NCBI GenBank assembly: GCA_041645165.1
Contig: JBAZQN010000007.1
Location: 8,318-72,317 of the forward strand
Source: Patescibacteria group bacterium
GTDB taxonomy: Bacteria > Patescibacteriota > Patescibacteriia > 2-02-FULL-49-11
Length of the DNA: 64,000 nt
Direction: 5' to 3'
The notes under the pieces were generated by a model. That model saw only the letters and a list, made by a program, of their open reading frames with translations. It had not been told where the DNA came from and did not search any database. A program made the translations under genes and the position numbers. Positions 47,643 to 57,279 of the stretch are shown here, piece by piece; the stretch's first letter is position 1; the number at the start of each line of letters is the position of its first letter.

Positions 47643-48032
47643 TTAAAGAGCGTCAATCACACCCTTGAGGATCGTCTCAACTTCTTGGGCAAGCGGCTCC
47701 AGCGATACATTGTTAATAACGCTAAACGCAATAGTCGGACGCTGTGCAGATACGACCACTGAACCATCATCCCGTTCATAGACGATCACGTTGCAGGGCA
47801 GGAGCAGTCCGATTTCTTCTTCCCTCTGCAGCGCCTTATATGCCCTAGGCGGATTGCATGCGCCCAAGATGCGATAGCGCCTAAACTCAACGCCAAGTTT
47901 TTCCTTTAAGGTCTTCTGCACGTCAATGTCCGTGAGTATGCCGAATCCTTGCGCCTTGAGCGCCGTGACTGTTTTCTCAACCGCTTCCTCAAAAGGAATG
48001 GTAAGGTGCTTTGAGTATCCGTAAGTAGACAT
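47643..48032 (-). CDS. DUF302 domain protein
   Basis: GFG.LT.ID....LK.KLG, Y.ILGACNP, IG.LLPCNV. Confidence 0.92.
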   Translation of the reverse strand: MSTYGYSKHLTIPFEEAVEKTVTALKAQGFGILTDIDVQKTLKEKLGVEFRRYRILGACNPPRAYKALQREEEIGLLLPCNVIVYERDDGSVVVSAQRPTIAFSVINNVSLEPLAQEVETILKGVIDAL

Positions 48033-48039
48033 AGGATTA

Positions 48040-48264
48040 TTAGTTAATCTCTTTCTTTATTTTCTCGAATTCCTCTCTTGTGATTTCTCCCTTTGCATAC
48101 CGCTCTTTCAGAATATCAAGCGCTGGTTTCCCTTGCGGCTGACCCCTTCCGCTCATCTCACGGATAAGCCAGGCAATCAGGAGAACCACCCCTCCCCAGA
48201 AGAGGAGCATCATGACGCCGCCCATAAACCACCCAAACATATTACCGGCTGCATAGTTCCACAT
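48040..48264 (-). CDS. SHOCT domain membrane protein
   Basis: ALDILKERYAKGEIT.EEF. Confidence 0.88.
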   Translation of the reverse strand: MWNYAAGNMFGWFMGGVMMLLFWGGVVLLIAWLIREMSGRGQPQGKPALDILKERYAKGEITREEFEKIKKEIN

Positions 48265-48352
48265 AAGAAATTGAATAAATTAAATAAAACAAAAATACGC
48301 CTCTATAACTGCGAGGGCAAAGCCTTTCTATAAACTTATAGAAAGGTTGCCT

Positions 48353-48784
48353 CTATATGGAAGCGTATACGCGGGGATTGAGCACCCCGCCGGCATAAGC
48401 GCGCACGAGATACGAATACCACTTGGAGTCTCTCACGAAACGTTCATAGAGCAAGAACCGCCTACTAGGAGGGCTCTCCGCAACCATCGGCGTAAGGTGC
48501 CACACGACGATTGCGATGAACATGGTGAGGCTCATCAAGAGCAGGGTCACCCACAGAGGGGCGCTCGCGAATAACGCGCGCCACTCCATGAGGTGGCTGC
48601 CCACATTCATGGGACAGAAAGATGACTTATGCTGCGGCGCAAAGGGGCACCCTGACATGCCCTGCTCGTCCATGCGCATGGTGAGATTTGCTCCTACGGA
48701 AACCAACACAAGCGCCAGCGCCGCTCCCGCAACCAACAGGCGAAATGCACTGTGTTTTTGAACCGATAATTTCATAATCCTCAT
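48353..48784 (-). CDS. Hypothetical membrane protein with Cys/Met/His motifs
   Basis: MSGCPF...CPM...HL..W and G.LNP..Y; first gene of the copper island. Confidence 0.6.
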   Translation of the reverse strand: MRIMKLSVQKHSAFRLLVAGAALALVLVSVGANLTMRMDEQGMSGCPFAPQHKSSFCPMNVGSHLMEWRALFASAPLWVTLLLMSLTMFIAIVVWHLTPMVAESPPSRRFLLYERFVRDSKWYSYLVRAYAGGVLNPRVYASI

Positions 48785-48832
48785 TGTGTAACAATTTGGC
48801 AGTTTAACAGTTTAGCAGTTTAAACAACTTAG

Positions 48833-48932
48833 GGCGCTTAAAAAAATAACATTTCTATTAACTACAAGGTTTGGCCTTGTTTTCCGGAACTATAATGTCA
48901 ATAGGTTGGATATGTTATTTTTTTACGGCGCC
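48833..48932. mobile_element. 100-bp MITE-like element with TTAG flanks
   Basis: TTAG-GGCGCTTAAAAAAATAACAT...ATGTTATTTTTTTACGGCGCC-TTAG. Confidence 0.65.
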
Positions 48933-48978
48933 TTAGCCATTTAACCATTAATATTAAACAACAATTAAAGTGCAGAAA

Positions 48979-49293
48979 TTATAGCACAGTTCTCTTTTTC
49001 TTGCCAACACCCATGCGCGTAAGCATAGCGCGGTAACCACCCATCCCACTTTTTAGCCAGTGCGCCACGCGCACCACCGTGGAGGTAGACAGTCCTGTCT
49101 TTTTCGCCACCTCGCGGTAGGTCTCCCCTTCTGCCAGCAGATTCACCGCCTGCCAGCGCTTGCTGAATTCCCTGATTTCTTCAAGGGTCAGAAGGTCCCT
49201 GAAAAAACGTTCGGCTTCGCTCAAGTCTTTGAGCTTCAGCACTGCCCTGCACAGGGATCTGGTATGTTCATTCGTCCATGGATACGGAGCCAT
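48979..49293 (-). CDS. Second TrpR-like YerC/YecD protein
   Basis: FFRDL.T..EI.....RW, YRE.A..TG.ST.TV.RVA.WL..G.GGY. Confidence 0.88.
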   Translation of the reverse strand: MAPYPWTNEHTRSLCRAVLKLKDLSEAERFFRDLLTLEEIREFSKRWQAVNLLAEGETYREVAKKTGLSTSTVVRVAHWLKSGMGGYRAMLTRMGVGKKKRTVL

Positions 49294-49329
49294 AAAACAG
49301 CTAACTATAGAATATATGTCGTTTGAAAA

Positions 49330-50505
49330 TCAATCAAATGTAGCCAGAACTTGAGGCCAATCGCGCCAGCCGAGCACGGAAGCGGCCTGGCGCTTCTGCG
49401 TTTGTTCTCCCCCATACACAATATACGACGAAGCGGCCTGCTTGGATATGGCACGGTAATACGCAATCCCGTCAAAAAATTCTGATGCTACGGTCTGGCC
49501 GGATTTGATTTCAATCGGCAGTAACCCTCCATGACGCTCAATAACCAGGTCAACTTCGTGGCCGGTTTTGTCCCTCCAAAAAAACGCCCGAGGCACAAGC
49601 CCGCGGTGAAAACGGTGCTTTAACCACTCCGCGATCACCATTGATTCAAAAATCCCTCCTCTCAAGTAATGGCTTTTGAGTTGACTGGCCTGTGTAATAT
49701 GGAGAAGGGCGCACAACACGCCCGTATCATAAAAATAAATTTTTGGCGTTTTCACCACCCGTTTATTAAAATTCCTGTGATGCGGCTGCAATAAGAAAAT
49801 AATGAAGCTCGCTTCCAGGATGGAGAGCCACGCCTTCACGGTTGCCTGATTAATGCCGCAATCGTTGCCAAGCGAGGTGATATTAAGGAGTTGGCCAACC
49901 CGTGCCGCTACGAGCTGTAAAAATTTTCTAAAAGTGCTGAGGTTTTCGATATTTTTAATCAGCCGCACGTCGCGCTCCACATAGGTCTGAATATAATTTT
50001 GGTAATAACTGGATGCGTCCATCTTTTGATCAAATAGCTTAGGGTAGAATCCCTTCAATAGTACTTCCTCAATCGTTATCCGAGTAAACCCCTTATACGC
50101 TTCGGCCAATTCTTCAAGCGCAAGCGGCAGCAAATGCGCGATGGCAACCCGGCCGGCAAGCGACTGGGTAATGCCTTCCAGCAATAAAAAATTCTGTGAG
50201 CCGGTCAAAATATACTGGCCGTTCTTGCGTGTTTCGTCCGCGATTGTTTGCAAGAGGGAAAAAAGCTTAGGCACCCGCTGCGCTTCATCAATCACCGCCC
50301 CGTCCGCATACTGGCCAAGCAGGCCTTTCGGATCCTTTTCAGCAAACTCCCTCGTTTCCAGATCTTCAAGGTTGAGGTAAGGTTTAGTGGGGAAAAGGGA
50401 TCTGACGAGGGTAGTTTTGCCAGACTGTCGAGGACCTGTCACGGCAACGACCGGATAGTGTCGAGTGTATTCTTTAATTTTTTTCGCTAGGGTTCTCTTA
50501 ATCAT
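49330..50505 (-). CDS. AAA+ ATPase with a DUF4143 (PD-(D/E)XK-like) C-terminal domain
   Basis: GPRQSGKTT, IDEAQ, LTGS, SLAGR, PK.YF.DTG, EVDLV......PIEIK. Confidence 0.92.
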   Translation of the reverse strand: MIKRTLAKKIKEYTRHYPVVAVTGPRQSGKTTLVRSLFPTKPYLNLEDLETREFAEKDPKGLLGQYADGAVIDEAQRVPKLFSLLQTIADETRKNGQYILTGSQNFLLLEGITQSLAGRVAIAHLLPLALEELAEAYKGFTRITIEEVLLKGFYPKLFDQKMDASSYYQNYIQTYVERDVRLIKNIENLSTFRKFLQLVAARVGQLLNITSLGNDCGINQATVKAWLSILEASFIIFLLQPHHRNFNKRVVKTPKIYFYDTGVLCALLHITQASQLKSHYLRGGIFESMVIAEWLKHRFHRGLVPRAFFWRDKTGHEVDLVIERHGGLLPIEIKSGQTVASEFFDGIAYYRAISKQAASSYIVYGGEQTQKRQAASVLGWRDWPQVLATFD

Positions 50506-50568
50506 GTTATTATGATACTCCACTTGGACAAATCTGTCAATTGAGTATAAGATTTGTCAAAACGCACG

Positions 50569-50722
50569 TGAAGCTCCACGGCTTTACCGCCGTGGCATCT
50601 TCACGTTCTTCGGCGGAACCCGCCGAAGCGTATCCGCCTTCGCTTGAAGGCTACGGCGGATTACCCGCATCGCATTCATCCACCCCGCCATGGCGGGGTG
50701 GCTTTCTGCGGAGGCGGGTAAA
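50569..50722. mobile_element. Second IS200/IS605-like palindrome-ended element
   Basis: Same ends as 14045-14214. Confidence 0.65.
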
Positions 50723-50771
50723 ATTTACCATCAGAGGCCTTCATTTTCAGTTGGTCACATTTTGTGACTAG

Positions 50772-50872
50772 TGCCGTAACAATTTAATTATGCCATATCA
50801 CTGGCGTGTTTTGAGCAGTATTTACAGGGAGATTTGGCACTATGCATGTTGCGAAACTTAATTGTTACGGTA
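50772..50872. mobile_element. 101-bp MITE-like element with CTAG flanks
   Basis: CTAG-TGCCGTAACAATT...AATTGTTACGGTA-CTAG. Confidence 0.7.
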
Positions 50873-50907
50873 CTAGGCCGCAAACCGCGGCGCCCTCCCC
50901 TTTCTCG

Positions 50908-51639
50908 CTATTTTTCCCCAAGAAAGCTTACGATTTTCTGCTCAAGGATTTTACGGAAATCTTTAAGATGCATGACATGGCTTGCGGGTAAAAATTCCCG
51001 AAGTTCGCCGCGGAAATTGATCTTGGATTTCTTCAATAAAGCAAGAACTTGAGTGAGATCGTCTTTTTCCTTCACCAATGGATAGTTTCCCGAAAGCAAA
51101 AAGAAATAATCGTAAAAATCCCTTGGTTTATGACGATTGATAAGTGCTTTCATTTTACCTTTAATGATTTCTTCTTTCGGTAAATGGACAAGGGTATAGG
51201 GCTGAATATAGTCATTTTCAATCAGCGTTCTGACGCCCCTAATCCAATTGTCATTGCGCAGAGAAACCTCAAAATAAATTTCAGTGATTTTATCGTAGGC
51301 GCTAAATTCAAATATGCCCAAGTATCCTCCGGTTGTGTATTTCCCTTCTTTGAGGGAAACGTGGATACCGGTCTTCTCGATATTGGCCAAGGTATTGATA
51401 AAAAGTTTCTCAACTTTATGTTTGGCAATTTTCACACCGGTAAAATCAAGATCTTCTGAAAAACGAGGACTATGGAAAACAATCCGCAAAGCTGTGCCGC
51501 CCTTGAAGAGCAGACGATCCGCATCGGGCAATTGGTAAAGATACGACAAAAACAAGTGCTGGCAATATTCTCGAACGACATTTCCGAGTTTAGTTTGCGT
51601 GTGATCAGTAAATTTTTGGAGGTTTGCGCGTGTCAACAT
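50908..51639 (-). CDS. abiEii: AbiEii-type nucleotidyltransferase toxin (type IV TA)
   Basis: FKGGTAL....S.RFSEDLDF, K..AL..R..PRD.YD. Confidence 0.9.
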   Translation of the reverse strand: MLTRANLQKFTDHTQTKLGNVVREYCQHLFLSYLYQLPDADRLLFKGGTALRIVFHSPRFSEDLDFTGVKIAKHKVEKLFINTLANIEKTGIHVSLKEGKYTTGGYLGIFEFSAYDKITEIYFEVSLRNDNWIRGVRTLIENDYIQPYTLVHLPKEEIIKGKMKALINRHKPRDFYDYFFLLSGNYPLVKEKDDLTQVLALLKKSKINFRGELREFLPASHVMHLKDFRKILEQKIVSFLGEK

Positions 51640-52231
51640 ACATTTGCTTGATACGCTTTAACATACCCGGCCTCTTGAACAGTTTTGCATATTCAATCAG
51701 TTTCGGCCTGTCAATGTTCCGCAGTTTCAAACGATCATTCAGGGACACTTTTTTGAGATCAACAAAATACAGATAATCAGCCAGCGCCTTTTCCGGCTCG
51801 GCAATCAAAACTTTATAACGATCGACTTCCCGTAATTCATAACCGGTGAATGCCTCGGTTTTAATATGACGATAAGTGAAATTCCCGATTGGCGTTTCAA
51901 ATTCCCTGGAAGTTTTAGTGGTTATTGAAGTATTTCCATACACCACTTCTGGAATAATTTTATAATAAGATAGCGCCGTTTCCAGCGAGACATAAGATGG
52001 CTGATAAAGCTTGTTCGCGATAAAAAAGTAATCCGGGTGGCTGTCTTTAATTGTATAAAAATTATTGCGCAACTTTACAAAAAGACCGCTCGTTAAATTC
52101 GAGGAAATAAAATTAGCCGCTCTTTTCAAGGACACATTGAAAACGCCCTTGAATTCTTGTGGAGTAAACACCTCTAATCCTATTTTTTTAAGTTTTTCTT
52201 CCACTTCTATACGTTTCAGTTTTAGTGCCAT
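51605..52231 (-). CDS. abiEi: AbiEi-type antitoxin
   Basis: PSYVSLETALSYY.IIPE, IA.PEKAL.D; overlaps the toxin start; inverted repeat GACTAC-N7-GTAGTC upstream (52251-52269). Confidence 0.88.
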   Translation of the reverse strand: MALKLKRIEVEEKLKKIGLEVFTPQEFKGVFNVSLKRAANFISSNLTSGLFVKLRNNFYTIKDSHPDYFFIANKLYQPSYVSLETALSYYKIIPEVVYGNTSITTKTSREFETPIGNFTYRHIKTEAFTGYELREVDRYKVLIAEPEKALADYLYFVDLKKVSLNDRLKLRNIDRPKLIEYAKLFKRPGMLKRIKQMYVDTRKPPKIY

Positions 52232-52344
52232 ATACCAGTAAAAATGAATTGACTACCTTCATTGTAGTCTATGGCGAAATCCATGTCAAACATATATAGA
52301 GGAGTGGCGCGGAATGCACCCCTCTCACACACTCCTGCTTATTA

Positions 52345-52370
52345 TATTTTAATTCGCGCGAATTAGAATA
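52345..52370. repeat. 26-bp palindrome TATTTTAATTCGCGCGAATTAGAATA
   Basis: Resembles the outer arms of the 94-bp repeats at 24109 and 26699. Confidence 0.55.
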
Positions 52371-52493
52371 TATAAGAATGGTCCCATTTATATCAGTTTT
52401 CTCGTGTAGCCTGTAAGAATGTTCAAAAAAACAAAACGGGCGATAATAGCTCTATGAGCATATTCCGCCCGTTGCCGCAAATAGTATTTACTA

Positions 52494-52634
52494 TTAAAAC
52501 TGGAAGTGAAGACCCAGCTGCTGCTGATAACCAGCGATTCTTGCGCTCAATGCAACGAATCGCCCCAGAAGTGAGTTCATGTTCGGCATGATGATAACGC
52601 CGGCTAAGAGGATGACGATCAAATATTTTTTCAT
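52494..52634 (-). CDS. Small putative secreted or membrane peptide (46 aa)
   Basis: MKKYLIVILLAGVII signal-like start; hairpin downstream at ~52434-52472. Confidence 0.4.
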   Translation of the reverse strand: MKKYLIVILLAGVIIMPNMNSLLGRFVALSARIAGYQQQLGLHFQF

Positions 52635-52760
52635 AAGAGTCTGCGCCTTGTGGGGAATACCTCGACCTTTGATCCCCTCCATTGATTCCATTACACCATA
52701 CCGCGGCAATTCCGCATCAGGGGGAAAACTGACTCAATTCCTCCCTGCAAAAAGGATCTG

Positions 52761-55136
52761 TCAGAGTTTCTCAAAATCCTTTTCCGAAATTCCGAGCCCG
52801 AGATTCCTCATCACGCTATAGGCGTCTGCGGCGCGGCCGAGGAAATAGCGCTTACCGTCTTTGGGGTTGATATACCACGCCTCTCCCCTGCTCTCTACCT
52901 GCAGAAATATCTTGCCCTTATGCTTATTGGCAAACGCGATATCAGTGCGCACCTTAGCGGTGCCATGCACCGTGGGCGCGCTTCCTTGCTCGATCTCTTG
53001 CTTATCGCCCATGCCGTCGCCATCCGTATCGGCTTTCGCCTTATCCGTTCCCAGCGCGTCTTCGAGCAGATCCGACAATCCATCTTTATCTGCATCCTCC
53101 CCTGCCATCTGCACGAGCCCCACGGGAATTTTTGACAAATCAACTGTCTTTACGCCAACCCCCTGCTGGCGCATAATCGCATACGCATCATCCGCACGGC
53201 CTAAGTAATACGCGGTCGTGTCCCGCACGCTAAAATACCAGGCTTCACCATGTTTCTCGACCTGGAGAACAATTCTCCCCAAAAGCGACCTCCCCTTGCT
53301 GCTGGAAATTTTCTTTGAGGACAAGGGCGCAGAAGACGATTGAGGCTGGAGGTTCTGCGACAGTGATGGCGCGGGTGACGGAGCGGCTGAAGAGGAGGGG
53401 GTCGCCGCAGGAGGAGCAGCTACCGGCCTGCCGAGCGAGAGCCCGGCAAGCACCTCACGCTCAAACTGCGCGACAAGATCGTCAAATTTCTTCTGATCGC
53501 TGCCGTACCACTCAAACATGACAACCATCACGCGATCCTTCTCTCGTATGCGATAACCGGCGCCAAACCATTCAGCGGTGTTCCCCGTTTCTTCATTTTC
53601 GAAACGGTATCGGTAGTGGATGCCATCCGGCACCTCGCCGTTCACACGGTAATGAAATGATGACTGATAACGTTTGGGAGTGTAGAGAGACGCGACGGTA
53701 AAATCGCTGGCAATGATATTCTTAATAGAATCAAAATACTGTTCATTTGTCGCGTTTTCTACGCTTGAGGTTTGTTCCACAAGATACACGCCCCAGCCTA
53801 ACTCCGGTATGTCCTGATTTTGGCCGCTCGCCGGATGGCCGGAATGGTTAAGCGGCTTGAGCACCCATGGCTTGGGTACGGTAATCGTAAAGTGAGGTTT
53901 CGCGTGTTCGTAATACCGCTGTTCTGTAAAAGGAGCGCCATCATCCTTCAACACAAGCGTTTTGAACATGCTGTCAATCTTGTCTTTATCTTTCTTGTTT
54001 TTGCCTTCATACCAGGTGAGCGTGACAATGTATTGCTTACTTGGGAATAGGGCGGTATATAACTCCCCTTCCGACACTTGTTTTGCGAAACGTTTGCCGG
54101 TCTTTCCGCTCACCACCATATCCCCCTGTTGAATAAGAGAAGAGATCTTCTGGAGTATGTTAGCACTTACTTCCAGGATATGCGGCGTGATGAGAAGCTC
54201 CGTAGGCGCCCAAGATGCACTCAAAAATCCACCGTCGGGATCGTCATTTTCCACGCCTATGGCGTTCTCGTCATCGTGAAAAAATTTCCAGCCATCCGGT
54301 TTCGTCATCTTAAGATAAGGGATAGTGCTGGTAAACACGTTGATATTTTTCAGCCCCACTTGCTCCCTGATAAGCGCATCTATCCTGCCCTGCAAAGGTG
54401 AAACGCTTGTGGACTTCTGGTATGCCTTCAAGAGCCACGGTTCTACCGTTGCCATGCTAATGGCGTATCCAAGGCTTCCCGTGTAATCAGAATGCGCTTC
54501 CGAAGTGATGCCGATAAGTTCTCCGCTCACATTCACGAGTGCGCCGCCGGATGATCCAAAGGAAATCACGGCGCCGGTTTTTATCCACGATTTTTGATAT
54601 TTTTCTAACGTGCCCGCGACCGTATCCACGCTTGCGGTAATGGTCTTCCCTCCAATGCTGGGGTACCCGAGCGCGAGCACCTCGTCGCCGGTTTTCACTG
54701 ACGCGTGCGTGCCGCGATTATAATAATCAAACTGGGTGATGCGGCTAAGACCCTCCACGTTGCGGATTTTCAAGAGCGCGAGATCAAGCTCCTTATTTTT
54801 GTCGATCACGTGGGCGGAATAACTGCAGTCCGGCTCCTCGGTGAGCGATGTGGTAAGGCATACGATGTACGCGGTTGCGAGGGGCTCCCGGAACCGATCC
54901 TCGCTGTGGATGACGTGGTAATTGGTGAGCATGTCGCCCTGGTTATTGATGATAACTCCCGAACCATAGCCCACGAGGACGAGATTGCGATAATTATCCT
55001 CAATGTAAGTCTTGATTTTTACCACAGCCTTATGCGCGTCATCCGCGTTCACCGCCGCGCGTGCGGGCATAGCGGTGCTGACAACAAACAAGATTGCAGC
55101 CATGATAATGACAAATGTTCGGGAAATGGTATACAT
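52761..55136 (-). CDS. Secreted trypsin-like serine protease with C-terminal LQVE..GEAWY repeats and D-x-D-x-D-G Ca-binding motifs
   Basis: GSG, LTNYHV, DLALL, GYP, GSSGG; DADKDGLSD and DTDGDG. Confidence 0.85.
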   Translation of the reverse strand: MYTISRTFVIIMAAILFVVSTAMPARAAVNADDAHKAVVKIKTYIEDNYRNLVLVGYGSGVIINNQGDMLTNYHVIHSEDRFREPLATAYIVCLTTSLTEEPDCSYSAHVIDKNKELDLALLKIRNVEGLSRITQFDYYNRGTHASVKTGDEVLALGYPSIGGKTITASVDTVAGTLEKYQKSWIKTGAVISFGSSGGALVNVSGELIGITSEAHSDYTGSLGYAISMATVEPWLLKAYQKSTSVSPLQGRIDALIREQVGLKNINVFTSTIPYLKMTKPDGWKFFHDDENAIGVENDDPDGGFLSASWAPTELLITPHILEVSANILQKISSLIQQGDMVVSGKTGKRFAKQVSEGELYTALFPSKQYIVTLTWYEGKNKKDKDKIDSMFKTLVLKDDGAPFTEQRYYEHAKPHFTITVPKPWVLKPLNHSGHPASGQNQDIPELGWGVYLVEQTSSVENATNEQYFDSIKNIIASDFTVASLYTPKRYQSSFHYRVNGEVPDGIHYRYRFENEETGNTAEWFGAGYRIREKDRVMVVMFEWYGSDQKKFDDLVAQFEREVLAGLSLGRPVAAPPAATPSSSAAPSPAPSLSQNLQPQSSSAPLSSKKISSSKGRSLLGRIVLQVEKHGEAWYFSVRDTTAYYLGRADDAYAIMRQQGVGVKTVDLSKIPVGLVQMAGEDADKDGLSDLLEDALGTDKAKADTDGDGMGDKQEIEQGSAPTVHGTAKVRTDIAFANKHKGKIFLQVESRGEAWYINPKDGKRYFLGRAADAYSVMRNLGLGISEKDFEKL

Positions 55137-55232
55137 AAAATTCGCGATTAATAATAAAGCCCCTATGCTTAAAATGTTCAGATCGACGTGTCAAGTGTCC
55201 GTAGACTTGGCATCTATGAAATTATAATAAAC

Positions 55233-56006
55233 TTACTTTGAGACCTCATTTGAAGGCGCGCCCTTTATTGTATTTAATTCTTTATACTGCAAATACGTGT
55301 AGGCGATGAATACAGGAGTGATGATGCTGGTGATAATTTGTATGATGTTTTGCCATACTGCGCTGAAGATCTTGTCGCCTGTGAACATTTTCACGGGAAT
55401 GGAGAGGATGACGTAGATCAAGACTGAGATAACGAGGACAAACAGCGACCTTCCAAATATCGCCCACCAATATCCTGTTATTATTTCCTTACTTCGCTTC
55501 AATGACGCGCGGATTCCCGAATTTTCGAAAACCACCACAAATAACGCAAACGAATAATACACCCAATAGATAATGCCAGGTACGATGAGGAGAAGGGACA
55601 ACAACACAATTAACAATCCGTACAGAAAGCCCGCACCTACCACTTTCCACCAATAGCGCTGCGCGCGTTTGAATGTCTCTCGCACCGATTCGGAGGGCAG
55701 TGACTGCATGCGGAGACATATCGCCGTAGAGGTAAGAATGCTGAGGTAAACAAGCAGAAGAAGCCACACGATACCGAAGATGCCCAGAATAATATTCACA
55801 ATCGCCTCCTCTCTTGCGCTCCCCTTATGAAGTACCATGATTATCACATTAAGAAGCAGCAATACACGGGGGAGCAATCCTACGAGGATTATCAATGCGT
55901 AAGGCTTGAGCTGTGAAAGGACGAGCTCAACCGCCTGTTTGAATAGGTCGGGAGGACTGCTAAGTGTGGGTCGTTGAATTGTAAGTGGTTGCATATCATT
56001 GGTCAT
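55233..56006 (-). CDS. Multi-pass membrane protein
   Basis: LL.I.PGI.....Y.F, SL.RS.....GYWW.I pattern. Confidence 0.7.
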   Translation of the reverse strand: MTNDMQPLTIQRPTLSSPPDLFKQAVELVLSQLKPYALIILVGLLPRVLLLLNVIIMVLHKGSAREEAIVNIILGIFGIVWLLLLVYLSILTSTAICLRMQSLPSESVRETFKRAQRYWWKVVGAGFLYGLLIVLLSLLLIVPGIIYWVYYSFALFVVVFENSGIRASLKRSKEIITGYWWAIFGRSLFVLVISVLIYVILSIPVKMFTGDKIFSAVWQNIIQIITSIITPVFIAYTYLQYKELNTIKGAPSNEVSK

Positions 56007-56023
56007 ACGTGATGGAGTGAGAT

Positions 56024-56899
56024 TTAATGCCAACATAGTGAAGGTTTTTCACCGATGATTTTCTCCAAGTAGGTGATTGCGTCCCGCTGGTCTCCCAAAC
56101 GGTCTGCCAAGCCCACATCCAATGCGCGTTTACCCAACATGGTTGATCCATCGGCAAGGTTCTTGATAGCCGCTTCATCAAGTCCTCTATTGACCGCCAC
56201 ATCTTGGACGAACATATCGTGGAGCGCCACGATGTCCCGCATCATGAGCTGTCTTTCCTCATTTGTTAGTGGCTTATTTGAGTTTCCAATATCTTTGTAT
56301 TGTGCGGATACTAAGCGTTCGTATACGAGCCCTTCACGATTATTTTTTCCTGTTTCCTCAAGAAAAGACCAGTTGACGCCTATCCCACCTACATCAGATG
56401 TAGGTGAAACGAAAATCGTATCGGCGCCGCTCGCGGCTAAATATGCGGACGAAGTACCGCTGCTTCGTATGACCGCAACCGTCGGCTTCTGCACCCGCTT
56501 GAACGCGTCGGCAATTTCTTTCCCCGCAGTGAGGGAACCGCCGTATGAATCAAACTCGAGCAACACCGCCTTGACGCGATCCAGTCCTTCAGCCTGCTCA
56601 AGGTAGTGAATGATCCTGTCCGACGATACCCTGCTCTCTCGCTCCTCATTTTCATCTGATTTATCATCACCAGAGTTCGACTCATTCGGTATATAAGTTA
56701 AGATGGTTCCATGCACCTCGATGCCCATTACATTGCCGTCTGGACAGATTTCTGACGATACACTCATCTCCCCACGAGTCGAATCTTTTCCAAAATGGTT
56801 CTGATAATTCAACGTCCAATACGAAACCAACGTTCCGACAACGAGGAAGTAAAAAAGTACTTTCAACGATCTCATTGTGCTTTCAAATGCTGGGGACAT
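56024..56899 (-). CDS. sppA: Signal peptide peptidase SppA (S49)
   Basis: DS.GG, S.AY..A..AD.I......VG.IGV, YKD, GLAD..G. Confidence 0.88.
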   Translation of the reverse strand: MSPAFESTMRSLKVLFYFLVVGTLVSYWTLNYQNHFGKDSTRGEMSVSSEICPDGNVMGIEVHGTILTYIPNESNSGDDKSDENEERESRVSSDRIIHYLEQAEGLDRVKAVLLEFDSYGGSLTAGKEIADAFKRVQKPTVAVIRSSGTSSAYLAASGADTIFVSPTSDVGGIGVNWSFLEETGKNNREGLVYERLVSAQYKDIGNSNKPLTNEERQLMMRDIVALHDMFVQDVAVNRGLDEAAIKNLADGSTMLGKRALDVGLADRLGDQRDAITYLEKIIGEKPSLCWH

Positions 56900-57022
56900 A
56901 GTATTATGTTGATCGCTTCAGCCAATTATATCATCCAACTCCTATGTTGGCTAACAGTCAAATGCAAATATTGCTCAATATTAAGCTCTGTGTGTGAGTA
57001 CAAATCAACGTACTTTTATTAT

Positions 57023-57268
57023 TTAATTACCTATAAAATTCAATACGACACCCATAATTATCAAACAAATTCCCAAAAGCGTAAACGGAATTTTTATCAG
57101 GATTCGAGTTTGCTCATTTTTATCCTGAAATAATTCCCTGAATCTACCATAGCCGGGGAAGATAGTAAATAAATAGTATATCTTACCCAATGCTGAAATA
57201 ATGATGGGGAACTGCATTAATGCTATTATGACAAAACCAAATATAATCAGACGTATTGCTGTACTCAT
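57023..57268 (-). CDS. Small AT-rich membrane protein (possible orphan immunity protein)
   Basis: Two hydrophobic helices; directly follows an Rhs fragment. Confidence 0.5.
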   Translation of the reverse strand: MSTAIRLIIFGFVIIALMQFPIIISALGKIYYLFTIFPGYGRFRELFQDKNEQTRILIKIPFTLLGICLIIMGVVLNFIGN

Positions 57269-57279
57269 AGACTAAGCTA

